Assembly (NCBI RefSeq): GCF_026210795.1
Contig: NC_089434.1
Coordinates: forward strand, 4,092,001-4,156,000
Direction: 5' to 3'
From: Rhizophagus irregularis
Lineage: Eukaryota
Length of the DNA: 64,000 nucleotides
In this document: one piece after another, positions 62,805 through 64,000 of the stretch
How the letters are laid out: each line of letters begins with the position of its first letter
Numbering within the stretch: the stretch's first letter is position 1
Translations under genes and position numbers: made by a program
The notes under the pieces: generated by a model
The model's input: only the letters and a program-made list of their open reading frames with translations
Databases searched by the model: none
What the model was told of the DNA's origin: nothing

Positions 62805-64000
62805 TCTTATAAAAATTAATATTCAAGTAGAATCAACCCGCCTGAACAACTTTCAATTAATAAATAAAGTTGATTTCATTTGTCCAAAGTAGATATATTA
62901 CGCTCTAAATTAAAAAAACAGAAAAGAGAGTTAATATCATTAAGAAAAATGCAATTTTCTTTAAGCACTACACCTACATTCATGAAAATTAATATTCAAG
63001 TGGTTTCAACCCACCTGAACAATTTTAATTAATAAATGAAGTTGATTTCATTTGTCCAAAGTAGAGTTATTACGCTCTAAATTAAAAAAAAAAACAGAAA
63101 AGAGAGTTAATATCATCAAGAAAATGCAATTTTCTCTAAGTACTACACCTACATTCATGAAAATTAATATTCAAGTAGAATCAACCCACCTGAACAACAT
63201 TCAATTAATAAATAAAGTTGATTTCATTTGTCCGAAGTGGATATATTACGCTCTAAATTAAAAAAACAGAAAAGATAAAGAGTTAATCATCAAGAAAAAT
63301 GCAATCTTCTCTAAGCACTACACCTATATTCATGAAAATTAATATTCAAGTAGAATCAACCCACCCGAACAACTTTCAATTAATAAATGAAGTTGATTTC
63401 ATTTGTCCAAAGTGGAGATATTACGCTCTAAATTAAAAAAAAACAGAAAAGAGAGTTAATATCATCAAGAAAAATGCAATCTTCTCTAAGCACTACACCT
63501 ATGTTCGTGAAAATTAATATTCAAGCAGAATCAACCCACCTGAACAACTTTCAATTAATAAATGAAGTTGATTTCATTTGTCCAAAGTGGAGATATTACG
63601 CTCTAATTAAAAAAAAAACAGAAAAAAGAGATATCATCAAGAAAAATGCAATCTTCTCTAAGTACTACACCTATATTCATGAAAATTAATATTCAAGCAG
63701 AATCAACCCACCTGAACAACTTTCAATTAATAAATGAAGTTGATTTCATTTGTCCAAAGTGGAGATATTACGCTCTAAATTAAAAAAAACAGAAAAGAGA
63801 GTTAATATCATCAAGAAAAATGCAATCTTCTCTAAGCACTACACCTATATTCATGAAAATTAATATTCAAGTAGAATCAACCCGCCTGAACAACTTTCAA
63901 TTAATAAATGAAGTTGATTTCATTTGTCCAAAGTGGAGATATTACGCTCTAAATTAAAAAAAAAACAGAAAAGAGAGTTAATATCATCAAGAAAAATGCA
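62805..64000. repeat. Tandem satellite, ~174-bp unit, at least 6.8 copies, runs off the window end
   Basis: aaaattaatattcaag(t/c)agaatcaaccc(a/g)cctgaacaactttcaattaataaatgaagttgatttcatttgtccaaag recurs about every 174 bp. Confidence 0.95.

Noticed and set aside
63052..63689. Short ORFs in the terminal satellite
   Set aside because: The frames break at variable A-tracts in each unit and show no recognisable domain.

Overview
Very AT-rich, intron-containing, repeat-rich eukaryotic DNA. The gene families (TKL-type kinase relics, small Cys-rich secreted proteins, 7TM-like protein, RNase H-bearing LINE) suggest an arbuscular mycorrhizal fungus (Glomeromycotina, Rhizophagus-like). That assignment is inference, not a database result. 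The window opens with a complete 8.07 kb non-LTR retrotransposon (58-8125) with a perfect 15-bp TSD, a poly(A) tail, an extra upstream ORF0, a gag-like ORF1 and an APE-RT-(apparently dead RNase H)-CCHC ORF2. Its three frame breaks all lie in A-homopolymers. Apparently intact host genes are few: tRNA-Gly(GCC), a 202-aa Cys-rich secreted protein, a 3-exon 360-aa multi-pass membrane protein, a 3-exon 465-aa FAD-dependent monooxygenase, and possibly a second small secreted protein. The rest is pseudogenes (two kinases, a bromodomain gene, two extra monooxygenase copies, an RNAi-type RdRP), MITE/foldback families, short retroposed inserts, DIRS RNase H and Polinton-like PolB fragments, and satellites of ~720, ~295 and ~174 bp. 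The most unusual feature is the ~295-bp satellite: it lies inside the RdRP pseudogene and is built from RdRP coding sequence, each unit carrying the catalytic DLDGD region plus a GT..AG intron. A degenerate HDV-like ribozyme candidate near 20.8-20.9 kb is a second, weaker lead. Boundaries of degenerate features are approximate and were read by eye.
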